Positions 53,098 to 53,125 of a stretch of DNA of 53,125 nt are shown piece by piece. How positions within the stretch are numbered: position 1 is the stretch's first letter; each line of letters opens with the position of its first letter. Under the pieces are notes generated by a model that saw only the letters and a program-made list of their open reading frames with translations, was not told the origin of the DNA and made no database searches. The translations under genes and the position numbers were made by a program. Origin of the DNA: a virus (Duplodnaviria > Caudoviricetes); IMG/VR virus record IMGVR_UViG_3300025703_000003, positions 1-53,125 of that record; one strand, given 5' to 3'.

Positions 53098-53125
53098 GCC
53101 CCCGTCAACGTGTAGCCCGCGAACA

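Noticed and set aside
53027-53125. Terminal repeat as a biological direct terminal repeat
   Set aside because: It is exactly 99 bp and lies mid-gene; this is typical of assembler overlap on a circular contig.
1-53125. tRNA or rRNA genes
   Set aside because: No convincing cloverleaf was found by eye in the intergenic gaps; tRNAscan-SE or ARAGORN would be needed to exclude them.

Overview
This is an apparently complete, circular tailed dsDNA phage genome of about 53.0 kb; bases 1-99 are repeated exactly at 53027-53125, which is most likely an assembly overlap. Essentially all credible genes are on the minus strand. The head module resembles actinobacteriophages with separate hexamer and pentamer capsid proteins (mycobacteriophage cluster B/Rosebush-like organisation), so an actinobacterial host is inferred. 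In transcription order the genome carries TerS, TerL with a LAGLIDADG intein, fibre/decoration-like genes, portal, an Rpf-like lysozyme, maturation protease, two capsid proteins and a siphovirus tail with a -1 frameshifted chaperone. These are followed by an unusually large envelope-enzyme cluster, Exo/Bet recombination genes, two DNA methyltransferases and many small accessory genes. I recognise no integrase, polymerase, helicase, primase or initiator. The most unusual observations are: (1) a predicted ~75-nt sRNA whose hairpin loop is complementary to the ribosome-binding leaders of the genes lying behind a four-copy palindromic operator; (2) an accessory gene array joined by conserved junction repeats; (3) a 1.1-kb non-autonomous IS1595-like element with inverted repeats and an 8-bp target duplication; (4) a 31-aa module shared by an adjacent papain-like protease and a glycoside hydrolase. 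All protein assignments come from motifs read by eye; no database searches were run.
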